A stretch of DNA of 64,000 nucleotides from Azolla caroliniana (taxonomy: Eukaryota; Plantae; Polypodiophyta). The first letter of the stretch is position 1. Each line of letters opens with the position of its first letter. Below, one piece after another: positions 37,770-51,600 of the stretch. A program made the translations under genes and the position numbers. The stretch covers positions 1,922,001 through 1,986,000 of the forward strand of contig JBHGNT010000011.1 in NCBI GenBank assembly GCA_043228905.1. Reading direction: 5' to 3'. Below the pieces are notes generated by a model. It saw only the letters and a list, made by a program, of their open reading frames with translations, had not been told where the DNA came from and did not search any database.

Positions 37770-39468
37770 ATGACGGAGGCCCAACCGGCTCATTGGGGAA
37801 GGTGAAGATCTCGAGCTTCTTGCTGAGCTCGGAGATAGAGAGGATAGAGGATCTGTAGAAGGTCCTAGAAGAGCGGATCCTCGACAACAAGGTGGAGCTC
37901 TTATTACGAGAGGTTTTGGGGATCGCTAAGAAAGAATTCCATGATTCCATCATGGACTTGGTAAAAAGGAAGTGGCTCTCGTCGGAGTCGGAACTGGAGA
38001 AGCCCGTGGAGGTAAAGGAGGCCCACATCGAAGAGGTGGCGATGGAGGAGGAGGCCTCAGATAGTCACTTCTTGAAGCTGCATTGGGCAAGGGCGATGAC
38101 AGAGACCCTAGTCCGGATCGGGGATGTGAAGGAGCCAATGGTAGCACTGATCGACCACTGGTCGGTGATAAACCTGATGTCGATGGACTTCTATAAGAAG
38201 GGTAAGTGGCTGATCAATACAAAGTACGGGTGGAAGATACATGCAGAGACCCGTGCTACAGAGGAGCTACACGGTGCATGCCCGAATGTCGGAGTAAAGG
38301 TTGGGGATGTTGAGATCGACCAACACTTCTTCGTGTAAGAGACACCCTCCCATCTGGTCATTCTCGGCGAACCCTACATCATGGCAACCCAGATGGAAAC
38401 CAAGGTGTTGGACAATGGTTCAGCCTACATGAGGGTGAAGAGTCAGGATGACCGGCACTCCATCCAATTCTTGACAGTTTGGCCGAACCACGAGTGGAAT
38501 CGGGATTCTCTCGGTGGCGAAGGCCGAGAGGATTTTTAGAGAGGGCTATCAAGGTGTGGGGCCGCGATAGTCCAAACATCATGAAGAAACCCCACACCTA
38601 TATGTACACTATTAGGTAGGAAGATTTGGCCCTCTATTAACGGAGGTTGTACCATAACTGGCATCGGTGGCCGAGAAAGGAAACGGGTCGAAGGGCGGTT
38701 GAAGGCATGCAGAGCCTTGGGCCCGGACGAAGAGATTGGTGTTGGGAATCGACGCTTCGATTCAACCTTCACCACTCGGCCACAACCGAGGAAGCGCGAA
38801 TCAATGCAGCAGAAAATCGGAAACACAGAGAAAGACACGAATACACAGGGATTAACGTGGAAAAACCCTAGACGGGAAAAAACCACGGGAGTGCAAGACT
38901 CCAACTATCACTATACGCTGGGAAATATACAATGGCGAGCTGCAAGGCGACGACCTTGAGCTCGCTATCCTCGCCACAGGCGGCGGTATTACACAGAGGC
39001 GTCGACCTCTTCCTTCTCTCTCTCGCGGCTGCTCTCACTTCGCTCCCTCTAGAGTGGAAAACAGAAAAATGAGCAACAACATTAAAACTGTTTGCCCTAA
39101 GTCATATTTATACACATATGACTTTCGGGCTATTTACAACTATAGCCTCAAGGGCCCTTGGCAAACATATTCACAAATATGTCCCCGCATCCGGATCTCT
39201 CTCCGGGTACATTCGTCATCCGGCTCCGAAGCCGGGATCTTCATCATCCGGTTCCGAAACCGCAACCGGGCTTGTCGTCATTCATCTCCGACATCCGACC
39301 ATCCCATCCGAAGGGACCGAAATCCCAACAATTGGTGGCCCCGTGGATGCGGTTTCATTCTAGGACACCCTCAGGGAGATCAAGAGGGTAGTCAAGGAGG
39401 ATCTAAGCGAAGACTGGATGATTCCGGTCAAATTGGTCAAGATGTACGAAGTCATCACAGACTTCGAG
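37770..39468 (+). pseudogene. Phygy-like gag-PR / pol-start fragment (outermost host of the left nest)
   Basis: VLEERILDNKVELLLREVLG, ALIDHWSVINL, GGATTTTTAG junction, MYEVITDF; interrupted by solo LTR G; truncated at about 39468. Confidence 0.85.
38740..39330 (-). repeat. Solo LTR G (Copia, related to the C family)
   Basis: TGTTGGGA...TCCCAACA; TSD ATTGG (38735-38739 / 39331-39335); host frame EEIG|GPVDAVSF rejoins. Confidence 0.92.
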
Positions 39469-41977
39469 ATATATATGCATATGTGGTCACGTGTATACGT
39501 ATTTAATCGTATATATGTGATAATATGCACATGTGCATATAAGTTATTACGTGATTTCAATATCGAATGTTTTCCTTTTTGGGGAAAGGATCTTGGTGGC
39601 CGTCCTCACATTTTTGTGAGAATGGTGTTTTCACCATCCCTTTTTCAACAAATTTTTATTGTTGACATCCCCGTTGGTGACTTCAATTTCGTTACGTAAT
39701 GAAACAATCTTAGGCACAATGGTGTTGAGAACGTAGGGCTTGACCCACTTGATGTGAGGTCGCTCTTATGACACACATATCCAACATCCCTCCCTTATTA
39801 CATGGATACGATGACACCATGATATCATTCTTACGAAAGGCATTCGTAATGACATAACCATGTGATGGGCCACGTGGGCCTACTACGAAAAGAGGGCTCA
39901 TTGGGCTTGACCATTAGGTTGCACTTTGACGTATGCCATCGTAATTACGAGACTTAAGGTTAGGTAACATACCAACAAAGTTTGTGGTAAATGAGGGGGA
40001 AATAAGGACTCTTGACATATATGTTTCTTTTAAAAAAACATATATGGGCAAATGCCATATCACTTTAAACATTCAAGAAGAGCAACCTACTTGGTTGGCT
40101 CAAGTGTTTAATGCATTTGTTCTCGAGGTCTTGAGTTCAAATATGACCAAGACCATACAACATCGTTGATACATATGACTATAACACGTGTTTAGACTTG
40201 ATGTCTAAGTGCACTTCGGGGTCCTCGTAATAGGACTTAAAGAGCCGAAACCACATATGTGGGCACCGAAACATAGTTTATTGTTAACATTTTTTTCGTG
40301 TATAAACTATTCATGACGCGAACATACATGGTTGAGCCTCATGGAGCCTCCATGAAAAATCCGATTTAGAGAGTAGGGAAAGACATTAATTTGTCACCCC
40401 CATGGTTTTTAAAACACCTTTGTGTTACCATAGTAACCTAATCTTGAACATCATCTCATACATCTAGAGGGGTATTGACATGAGATCCTGATATCGATTA
40501 ATGTTTGCCCATGATATGTTTACATCAAGACATGATGTTATGACTATTTGTCTTACCTTATCCAATTTCTTTGCCAGAAATAATCATTCAATGGCTCAAA
40601 ATAATGACCCGATGTTGTCCGCTCAAGTGGAAGGAACTCAAGGAAATCCTCTTGGACAAATGTCCATTGAGATGTATTTTTCACAAATAAGCCAATACCT
40701 TAGTTTCACCGCTCAACAAATGACCGAACTTCGGCAATCTCAAAGTGCTCTTGAGGCATGTGTCATTAGTTTACAACGTGAGACTAATAGACCTAATGAG
40801 CGACAGGGTGAACCATCGTTTGTCGTTAAGCCATTTACGGGAGAAAAAAATGAAAGAACCGAAGAAGCAATCTGCACTTGGCTAGGCCGATGCTCATTTT
40901 GAGCTCTATCCCACGCCAGATAGTATGAATATTGCATATGTCGGCCGAGAACTAGGGGGTAAGGTCGCCGCTTGGTGGCATGGGCTCCAAACTTTGGGGA
41001 AATTGCCTGATACCTGGACAGATTTTGTCATAGTTTTTAAGGGCCAATTTCTGCAACCTCCCTCTCCAACCGAGGCAACACAAGCTTTAATGAACCTCTC
41101 TAGTAGGAGGTTTTCCTCGCTAGAAGACTATGTTCACCATGCTAGAACCCAAATCCAAAAATCGGGTCTAGAAGGGGACAACTAGTTAATAGCTTGTTTT
41201 GTCAATGGCATCCCCAATTCGAACTATCACTGGATAGTGCACGATAAGGATCCAAAATCCTTCGAAGAGACCGTTGAAATAGTTCTTCACTATCAACGCA
41301 CTTCGAAGAAGGACCACAACAAACCCAACGAAGCGCCTGGGACTAAGCAATCGCAATTCCCTGGGAAACGCAAGACACCCAACGAATTCATGGATCGCGA
41401 TTGTAAGCGACAACATCATTTTTACGTATTTTGCAAAAACAAGGGTCATACAAAAGAGCAATGTTGAAAGCTCTAACGGAAAGAGCACGACAGCAAAGCT
41501 AAAGCTGCAGACATAAAGGTCAGATTCCTAATGTCCTTCAGGTCTATACACATCATTTAAGTAATTGTCAATGTTCTTTCCCTCACTTTGTATTGGGTCC
41601 CAATGATTTACTACGTGCAAATGGGTATATCAATGGATCTCCCATACAATTTTTGTTTGATTTGAGAAGCTCACACAACTTTGTGAATGGTCGTTTGGTT
41701 CAGATATGGGGAATCCAACCTATTGTAATTGATCACACCTATACGGTGTCGCAAAAATACGACGAGGATACGCGAACTTGAGGCAGGACCCCGGGGCCTC
41801 CGACCGAAGGATAATCACATGTGTGCGTTTATATTTTTAACAATTAACAGAAAGAAGAAATTTAATAATTTTCATTAACAAAGGAAAAAGAAATTACAAT
41901 ATGTCCCAAGATTGGGATTTAGAAGTTTTAGGTTTACTAAGATTAATAGAAAAGAAAAATTAGGGGTTTTGGTAGAT

Positions 41978-42190
41978 ATGGCTTCCGTAGGGAAGATTAG
42001 GATTAGGTTATATGAGTATTATGGCTTCCGTAGGGAAGATTAGGGTTTTTTTGAGTGTTATGGTTTCCGTAGGGAATTTTAGGGTTTTTGAGTGTTATCA
42101 CTTCCGTAGGGAATTTTAGGATTAGGTTATATGAGTATTATGGCTTCCGTAGGGAATTTTTAGGGTTTTCGAGAGTTATGGCTTCCCTAA
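41978..42190. repeat. Tandem repeat with core TGGCTTCCGTAGGGAA..TTAGG (about 40-bp period, 5-6 units)
   Basis: Visible reiteration. Confidence 0.85.
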
Positions 42191-42494
42191 GATAAGGGAG
42201 TTGAGAAGAAAAAAATAATAATATGGAGAGTCTATCCTAGTGTAGGAAAAAAAATGGAATAAAAATGGAGTTCTCCCTTGATCATAACTTTTTCACTTTT
42301 TGTTGCATGGCCTCTACTTTTAGTTGCCTAGCTTTTTCTTTTGGTTGCATGTGACTGTCCACATGACCTTTACTTTTTCCATGCACTCCCTTCTTTAGTT
42401 GCTTGCATCCACATGGCCTTTACTTTAGTTCTCTTCACTTTACTTTAGTTTGTTGCATGATCCAATCTTTCATCCATCCGCGTCCAAGATCGTC

Positions 42495-42845
42495 CGGTAG
42501 CCGATTCCATTTTGCTTGCCGGTCGGTTCCGGTTCCGATTTTGCTTGCCGGCCGGTTCCGGTTCCGCTTTTGCTTGCCGGCCGGTTCCAGTTCCGGTTTT
42601 GCTTGCCGGCCGGTACCGGTTTGCTTGCCGGTTCGGGTTCCAGTTCCGGTTTTGCTTACAGGCCGGTTTCCGGCTTTGCTTGCCGACCGGTTTCCGGTTT
42701 GCATACCCGTTCCAGTTCCGGTTTGCTTGCCGGCCAGTTCCGGTTTTGCATACCAGCCAGTTTCCGGATTGCATACCGGCCCGTTTCCGGATTTGCTTAC
42801 CGGGCCCGTTTCCAGATTTGCTTATCGGCCAGTTTTCGGTTTTAG
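42495..42845. repeat. GC-rich minisatellite (CCGGTT/TTGCTTG units)
   Basis: Visible reiteration; produces repetitive ORFs on both strands. Confidence 0.9.
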
Positions 42846-44602
42846 GGAATTTGGCCACCATCATCCATCAAGACAAAGTGGCCAAAGTGCTCTTAGCACA
42901 AATGAAAAATGAGGGAGCTCAAGGTGTTTATATAGCCAGGGCCTTAACTTTCCTATCTATGTGGGATAGTTCTAATTTCTCTATCTAATCAAACTTCATT
43001 TTCTCATAACTTGATATGTATTTCTCCATTTTGTATATAGTAAAATACATTTTGAAGCTCTTGAGTATATCCATCTTTCTATAGTAAGCTACTAATCTAA
43101 TCTATAATAATTATTTCATTATTTTTTTACATAGTGTGTGAAGATTCACACGACATTGTGCACTTGGCTGATGGAGGAGTACAATATATCAACGGGGCGA
43201 TTCATTCATTAAGAATTTCTATTGATACTTATATAGAGGAAGTAGACTTCCATGTAATGAATCTTTGTACCACTGATGAAATATTATGTTATCCTTGGTT
43301 CTATAATAAAAACTCTTCTTTATCTATTGATTGGGTTCATCATTCAATAACTTTTGTACTGAACGATTGTACTCATTTTATTCAATGTGTAAAAAACAAT
43401 TCCTCTTGATTGTTTCCTCTCCATCAATATCCAAGTTGTCTTGTTCTACTCTATTTTATTGTGTACTTAATTCTTTACAATATCGATAATGTCTCGGTTC
43501 AATTAACATATTTTGAACAACAACAACTTGATGAAATCTTAAATGATTTTCGTGATGTTTTTCCAAGTGAACTACCAGATGGGCTACCTCTTAAACGTAA
43601 TATAGACCATCATATAGATATTGTACTTGGCGTTGCACCAATAATAATACCTCCTTATTGCTTAAGTCAATCCGAAGAGGATGAGGTATCTAAGCAACTC
43701 AAGGACTATTTACGAATGGGTTATATACGTTATAGTAAATCTCGTACGTGTTATGACCATTATGAGTTTTTGGTTATGCCTTTTCGTTTGACCAATGCTC
43801 TGGCTACATTTCAACAAGAAATGAGTCACATTTTCCGAGAACAACTTGGAAAATTTGTCGTTATTTTCTTGGATGATATTTTAGTTTATAGTCGTACATT
43901 ACAAGAACATGCTAAACATGTCCACTTTGTTTTACAAACATTGCATGACAAACAGTTTTATGCGAAGATCTTAAAATGTGAGTTCTTCAAGAAATCAATT
44001 ACTTATCTTGGACATCTCATAACCAAACGAGGAGTTGAAATTGATCCTTCTCACATCGAGAAAATCAAGCTTTGGCCCACTCTTCGGAATATTCGAGTAG
44101 TTCGATCATTCCTTGGTTTTGTCGGGTTTTTGTGAAAATTGCTTCGTAATTACTCCTAATTGACGACGCCGTTTATTGATCTTCTAAAAGGTCAAACACA
44201 TAAGTCTACAAAACCTATTGTGTGGAATGCTGCACTAGACCTCACCTTTAAGGAACTCAAGGACCTGGTGTGCAAGGCTCCTTCACTTATTTTATCCGAT
44301 CCTTGAAAACCTTTTGAGGTTGAAACCGATGAAAGCGATTATGCTATAGGTGTTGTCTTATATCAAGATGGTAAACCAATAACATTCGAGAGTAAGAAAC
44401 ATGATTCTGCTCAATGTCGGTATACCGTTCAAGAAAAGGAATTATTTGTAGTTATACATGCACTCAAAACATGACATCATTATCTTTATGGAAATCGATT
44501 TGTGGTAACTACGGACCACGAGTCCTTGAAATATTTTTGTGACCAACAAGACTTGAAAGGTCGTAAGGCACGATGGGCGGATCTCATCCAGGACTTTGAT
44601 TT

Positions 44603-45501
44603 TGACAAGAATGCACACTCCCTTTCCACAACGCTCGGCCACAACCAAGTCTAAAATCGAACACAGAAAACGGATAATGAACGCACGACACAAAGGAGAG
44701 AAGGGTACACAGGATGTTTAACGTGGAAAACCCTGAGAGGGAAAAACCACAGGAGTCCACAGACTCCAAACTATCACTATATCACAATGATTACAACAGT
44801 GAGCTCACGGAGGCAACGACCTCGTGCTCACGATCTTCGCCACAGGCGGCGGTTACAACAGAGGCAACGACCTCTTCCTCTCTCTCTCTCTCTCTGTACA
44901 CTGTTACGCACTCTCTAGTCTTGCACTAACAAGAATGACAACATACAATACAAAGTTTGCCCTAAGTCATATTTATACTAATATGACTTTTCGGCTATTT
45001 ACAAATATAGCCCAGATGGACTCTCAGAAACATATTTACGAATATGTCCCTTCATCCAATGAGCACTCCTCACCGGGCCTGCATCATCCGGCGCTTGCCG
45101 GGCACACGTCATCCAGTTCTCACCAGGTCTTCCGTTGCCGGGTACTCCACATCTGGTTCTCACCGGGTCTTCACCATCCGGCTCATGCCGAGTACTCCAC
45201 ATCCGGTTCTCACTGGGTCTTGACCATCCGGCTCTTGCCGGGTACTCCACATTCGGTTCTCACCGGGTCTTCACCATCCGGCTCTTGCCGGGTACTCCAC
45301 ATCCGGTTCTCATGGGGTCTTCACCATCCGGCTCTTGCCAGGTACTCGTCATCCGGTTCTCACCAGGTCTTCACCATCCGGCTCTTGCCGGGTACTCGTC
45401 ATCCGGTTCTCACCGGGTCTTCCGTTGCCGGGTACTCCACATCCGGTTTCCCATCCGTACTATTCTTCTCACTTCCCTCCGGAGGAACTTGTTTCCTAAC
45501 A
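44603..45501 (-). repeat. Solo LTR N (C-family Copia) with an expanded 40/50-bp tandem array at about 45075-45450
   Basis: TGACA...CCTAACA termini; TSD GATTT (44598-44602 / 45502-45506). Confidence 0.92.
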
Positions 45502-47219
45502 GATTTTTCCATATGATATTGTAAAGGTTCCATGAACAGTGTCGCTGATGCACTACGTCACATCTGTGAAGTTAACATGCTTAGCTTCACTGAAATAACA
45601 TCAGATCTTTATGATCACCTTTGAGGAAAGTATTCTGATGACAGTTGAGTCTGGAACAGACACCATCACATCCTCAAAGGAATACTTCCACATTGCTAAC
45701 GATCTGCTCTACCGTAATGGGAAGGTTTGTGTTCCAGATTTGCCTGAGGTCAAAAAGAGAATTCTTTTTGAATGCCATGATGCACCCTCAACAGGGCACC
45801 TTGGAATACATCATACACTCGTTCTCATCTCCACTCAATTCTATTGGCCTAAGATGCGTACTGACATACATAGCTATGTGACTAAATGTCACCAATGTCA
45901 AGTTAACAAAGCCGAGGGACTTAAAGCCGCAATACTTTTACATCGCTTGGACATTCCCAATAATAAGTGGGAAAGTATATCCATGGAGTTTATTGTTAGC
46001 TTTCCTCGCACCCAAAAAGGCCATGATGCCATTTGGGTTGTGGTAACTGATAGGCTAACTAAAATGGCCAGATTTATTGCTACGAAAACCACGGTGACAG
46101 CTCCTGAATTGGCTTACCAATTCATTGACGAGTTATTTCGTTTTTATGGGTTACTGATGGATTTCGAGTTGCGAAGTATGCAAAACTTTATTCGGGATAT
46201 GCAAGATATGTTGCATATTGCACGAGATAATATAAAAACAGCTCAAGATAGAGCTCGTTTTTATGCGGATCATCATAGGCAACCTCGTGTATTCAACCCT
46301 GCACAGAAGGTATTTCTACGTGTACCTCAAAATTCTAAGACATTGTCTAAGGGTAAGTTCGCTAAGTTAGCCCCACAGTTTTGTGAACCTTTTACAGTCC
46401 TCAAACGCATTGGGTCATCAGCCTATTGTCTCGCTCTTCCCGATGGTGTTGAAATTCATCCAGTTTTTCATGTGAGTCGTCTAAAAGAACTTCTAGGTTC
46501 TGGTGACAGTAGAATTACAATGGAAACTCTGGTTACTTATAAAGAATTATCTTCTAAACCACATGTACTAGAAAGAATTCTCGATGTTAAAACAAAACAA
46601 TTACGTACTAAAGAAATCTGAGAATTTAAAATAAAATGGATGGATAAATCAATAAAAGATGTCACATGTGAACGTGAAAATACTCTCAGAACTAACTTCC
46701 CTAACTTTCCATTGCAAGAGTGCAATGATTTAAAGAGGGGGAGTATGTTATGGGCATGACCATATAATATCCCGTGGTGAGAATTTACCATAGTATTCTA
46801 TACACGTGGATAAGTGTGAGGGTTAAACGAGAGTGTAAAGAAGGGGAGGATTAGTTTTAATCCTTAGGATTGAGACAACCCATTAGGCCAAGTGTGAACT
46901 TGCCTGGGGGCCTTGGGTATCGCTATAAATAAGAGGCCTAGCTACCCTCATTTCGTCATCTTTTGACTACGTCGAGACTCTGTTTAGTGGTGGTTCAACT
47001 CTTGTAGTAAGCGCGCCAGCACTAGGTACAACTGGATGCCACGGCGGTGGTATGGGACACTGATTGAGGCTCAAGTCTGTCTCGATCCCTTTGCTCGGGG
47101 GTGGTCGGGTGGATCAACAACCTTCTTTCTCTCTCTGCTTTCTATCTATCTATCTATCATTCTTTTGTCCTTATCATACGCTTACATTAGATCATATCTC
47201 TAATACCTATGTTATTACA

Positions 47220-47318
47220 TGTTTCACACGCAAAGGCCAAACTTTGTACAATCTGTGTAGACACCCATTCCTGCACATCTCGCTCCGTTTCCCTCTATGG
47301 CTGGAATCCTTCACGACA
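47220..47318 (-). repeat. Terminal fragment of another Phygy-like LTR (M)
   Basis: Reverse complement TGTCGTGAAGGATTCCAGCCATAGAGGGAAAC resembles the start of the D and J LTRs. Confidence 0.6.
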
Positions 47319-48688
47319 GCGTTGTCGAGGATGTCCTCGTGGATGCGTAGAAGTCGGGTAGGACCATAGGGGTCTCGAACCAAGGAAAAAGGAAAGCGAG
47401 GAGGGAGGAGTTTGGGGATCATGTAGGTCTTGAGAACACGTAGGTCTTGAGAACCAAGGAAACAGGGAAGCGAGTAAGTCTAGCGAATGAGAGAGAGTAA
47501 GAGAGTCACGCGTAGACACAGACACGAACAAAGACACTGAGAACAAAGTATGTTAGGTAGCAAGAGTTCTATTAAAACACAGGTGCACGGTGTTATGAGC
47601 GGTTACAGCCAGGTCAGAGCCGGTGATGGAGCGTGGAGCTTTGGCAAACAGCCAGGTACAAAGAGACGTCGGTGCGCAGAAGGTCGATCCCCGGGTCGGG
47701 AGCACTTGGGCGTCTAACACGAGGAGGGGAAGCGCCTTCTTCCTCGGTCAGTCCTCGGCCGTTCTTTCTGTATCCTTTTCTCTAGATGGCCCCCTGAAGA
47801 CAGTCAAAGGTCGCCCTTTTTATAGCACAAGGAGCGACCGTTACAAGCATTCATGACCCATCACTTTTTCGTCCTAGATTCTCTCCTCATAACTCTCCCT
47901 ACTTATGCGATGTCTATACCTTCTTTAATGCTTAGTAGTTATCCTATTTAATTCCCCTCGAGGCGTGCACTCGCGTTGTCGAGGTTTTCCTCGCGGATGC
48001 ATGGAATGAGGCGGGACCTCAGGGGTCCTGTACCGAAGAGCAAGAGAGAAAGGACAAGAGACCCACTACGTGCGAGCGTAGATTCACAGGGACACGGCCC
48101 TTCGACACAAAGATGCGAGTGGGACAGCGACACAGAGAAACACGAATGTATGTATGTATTAACAAAGACAACAACAAGAACACGGGAGCAACAAAAACAT
48201 GAAGTCGGTTACAACCGAACAGGCCGGCGAACAGATGTTGATGCCTGTTCGTAAACGCACAGAAAGACAGGAGCAGGTTGGAGGTGCTGCCGGAAGCACT
48301 CGGGCATTCCTCAGAGCAGCGCGAGCCTCCCGAAACCTGCACAGAAGGAAGCTATGGAGTTTGCGAACCAGAGAGAGAGAGAGAGAGAGAGAGAAGCCTT
48401 CGCACACAAACCGACAGCACTTCGTCCTCGGCTCTCCGCGATCCCATCCCCCTTCTCGTCTCCCTCCTTTTATAGGCAAGGAAGGAGCCGTTTCCCCCTT
48501 TCTTCCTACCCACTAAATCTACCTGCCTAGGATCTTCTATGGACAACATTCGAGAAGAGCCGGTTCCTACGCTCATGTGCACCGATTCCGCTTGTGGACG
48601 GTTTTCTTCACGACATCCGCCCCCACCTAACCGCGCATCCACCGGCATGCGCCAAATTGAGTTGGGACGGAGAAAACCGGTCCAGCCT

Positions 48689-51600
48689 TCATTCCCCGCC
48701 CGTCGGTTCTTCCTCGGTTTCGGATCGTTCGTCGTCGCGGTCCAAGCCAACCGGATCCGGCTCGTCATCGTGACGCTTCTTGAACGCTTTGATCCGCTTC
48801 CCCGCTACCGGTATCGCCATTCTCGTACCGTCGAGTTCCGCCAGATGGTACGTCCCGTTGTCGTTGGCACTTTGTACCACGTAAGGCCCGAACCACCTTC
48901 TTGCGAACTTCCGTGTCGCTCGGTGCTGGTTGTCAAGGCTGTTGTCGTAGACTAGCACCCAGTCGCCTTCCTCGATCTTCTTCGGTCGGAGCCGGTGCGT
49001 TCGGTCGAACCGGGCTTTGTTCCTCATCCTTGCTTCCCGAAGCTTTTCCGCAGCCTGCTCCATGTCCTCCGGTCTTCGCTCGAGCTGTCGTATACGCGCC
49101 GCCAGCAGTTCCTCCCCGCTCATCTCGTCTCTCCAGTCCACGGTTGCCAACGAGGAGATCGTACGTTCCATCGGCATGACCGGCTTCTGCCCAAACATGA
49201 GTTCTGCCGGCATGAATCCGGTTACCGAACTGTGCGTAGTTCGGTCCACCCACAACGTGTAAGGCAGCAGTCGCGGCCAGTTCCCGACTTGACCTCCGCA
49301 TGCCCGAACTAACGCCTTGACGATCGGTCCGTGTCCGCGCTCCACCTTTCCATTCGCCTCCAGATTGTACGCAGTGGTAAGCGAGAGCTTGACTCCTAGC
49401 CGGTCGAACAGCTCCTCGGCCTCTTCGGCGTCCAACTACTCGTGGTCAGCCACGATCTTCCCGACACACCCGTACCGGCATATCACGTCCTCAATCAGGA
49501 ACCAACATACGACCGCGGTCGTTTTGTTCTGAAGGGCCCGGCCTTCTACCTGGTTCGTCAGATCTTCCCGAGCCAGGACCAGATACCGCATCTGTCCTAC
49601 TCCCATCAGCATCGTCACCAGGTCTACCATCCATTTGAAGTGGATGGTCGGAGGGTACGTAAGGTGAAGCTCGTCCCCATGTCGGACTACGGAGTGCATC
49701 TGATAGCTCTCGCAAGTCGTCACGAACCGATGCACATCCCAGTACAGTCCCGGCCACCAGTACTTCCCCTTTATCTTCTCGAACGTGGCCCACGTTCCAC
49801 GGTGTCCAGCCCAAGGGCTGTCGTGGTAGGCCGTCAGCAGCTCCTCCTCTTCTTCGGGTGCTTCCATAAGTATCCGCCCCGGAGAAAGAATCAGTAAGCT
49901 TTCTTCCGGATCCGGTTGGCCTCGTCCTTCGTCCATGACGCATCCGGCGTCATTGTCCTCAAAAATCCAGCGATCTAGAGCCACTCGCCATCGTACCTGC
50001 TCTTGTCAAAGTCGTTAAGTGCCGGAGTGCTCGTCCCATCGGTCGTTACGTACGCCGACTCGAAGAAGTCCACGCCGACTTCTTCGTCCTCCGAAACCAT
50101 GCCGCCCTCGTCATCAAACCTCGCCCTCGAAAGCATGTCGTCCATGGCGTTGTCCTTTCCGGAAATGTGTCATATTTCCGGGTCCAGGGACTTGATGTAC
50201 GCTATCCACCGGAGCATTGCCAGGTCCGGTGTCGCGCATCCGGAAACCATGCCGAGAATCGGCAGGCAATCCGTCTCGATAACCACTTCTGTCCCGATCA
50301 GGTAGTCTTTGTCGGCCTTTACTGCCGAAACGATACCCCAGAGTTCGCGTTTAACTTGGGCGTACCCTCGTTGTCGTTCACTGAGGACCTTCGCGCCGAA
50401 TCGGATCGGGAACCGAATGCCGTTCTTGTCCTCTTGGTTGACGACCCATCCGATCCCGGTCGGACTCGTATCCACTGTTATGTATACCGTGGTACCCTTC
50501 CCGTAGACAGCCTTCCGGAGCGCCGGTGCTGCCGCAAGAGCTTCCTTCAGCTTCCGGACCGACTCCGTGTGCTCGTCTCGCCACTCGAATTTTCGCCTTT
50601 TTTTCAGCAACCCGTATAGCGGCTCCGCAACGTGGGCGTAATGCGGGATCCATATGTGGTAGAATGCGCATGCCCCCAAGAACCTCCGAACTTCCGTGAC
50701 CGAGCTACAAACGGCTTCCGGCCATATGGTCCACATAGGTGTCCGACCACCAGGATTTCCGATTGCCCGAAGGCCGATTTCTCCCCGGAGAAGGTGAGCC
50801 TCGCATCCTCTAGCCTTTGTAGCACCTTCTCGCAGTCATCGATGTGTGTTGCCATGAATCGCCGGCATCCGTCCGGTCCGAGTGTTGCGTCCCTCTCTTC
50901 TATCGGGCACCCCTTGATCGGAATGTCGTCTAGAAATGGCATGGTGATGTCCGGGATGCAATCCCTCAGTACCTTGTTCATTTCATTCACCATGTGGGCC
51001 ACCAAGTTGGTTCCTCCTTGTGGCAGGGTACACATTCGCACTAGGCCGAGGGGAGTTCGCATCATCGTAATGTCTCTGCTCTCCACGGCTAGCTGGAACT
51101 GGTCGTACCCCGAGTATAGATCACCGACCGAGTAAATCGACCTTCCGGCGAAGGCCTCCGCGAACTCGTCTATGGTCGGTCCGATTCCTGCGTTCCGAAT
51201 GGTCACTCTGTTGACCGGCTGCAGGTCCTGAATGAAGCGCAATGTTCCGTTTTTCTTTGGTACGGTAAACCATCGGTTCAAGTATGGCGCGCTCGACGGT
51301 TCGAGAATACCCATATCGACTTTCTGCCTCAGTAGCTCCATCAACTCCGGGATGTGAGCTCTTGGTACCGGAATCGGCTTGAGATTCCACGGCACATGCG
51401 GTACCGTGAATATCACCATCGGCTCCACGATTGTCGGGTCTACGCACCCGATCTCTTCCGGCGAGAATGCGACGGCTTTCCCGTGCCTTCCGAGCATTCT
51501 CCGAAACCGGTCATCCTCCGCCGGCAGTAGGAACCCGCCCCCACCGATCTTGAGCTCCCGGAGCGTCCCGTCGGTGAAGGTGTGTCCTATGCAGGCCGGA

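Larger units (their letters stand above)
41747..43155. repeat. Probable solo LTR K inserted in the protease of H, with two internal minisatellites
   Basis: TGTCG...CGACA termini; host frame HTYT..VHLADG flanks it; left flank ACGG, right TSD copy not intact. Confidence 0.7.
39469..47219 (+). mobile_element. Element H: decayed chromovirus-type Gypsy lacking its 5' LTR
   Basis: gag from about 40591, PR (FLFDLRSSHNF), RT (IFLDD), RH, INT and chromo-like LERILDVK..FKIKW; PPT AAAGAGGGGGAG; 3' LTR 46746 to about 47219. Left boundary approximate. Confidence 0.8.

Noticed and set aside
39469-40590. AT-rich stretch as a possible host gene or captured sequence
   Set aside because: No credible ORF or exon structure; most simply the 5' leader of element H. 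Identity cannot be established from sequence alone.
41978-42190. TTAGGG/TTTAGGG-like words suggesting interstitial telomere repeats
   Set aside because: They are single motifs within a roughly 40-bp repeat unit, not a telomeric array.
42403-42988. Repetitive ORFs (PVPV.., RFRFC.., KTGTG..) on both strands
   Set aside because: They are translations of a stop-free minisatellite inside LTR K.
44824-45524. 230-aa and 129-aa repetitive ORFs; CRISPR-like regular repeats
   Set aside because: Head-to-tail LTR tandem repeats with no unique spacers and no cas genes, in a eukaryotic TE context.
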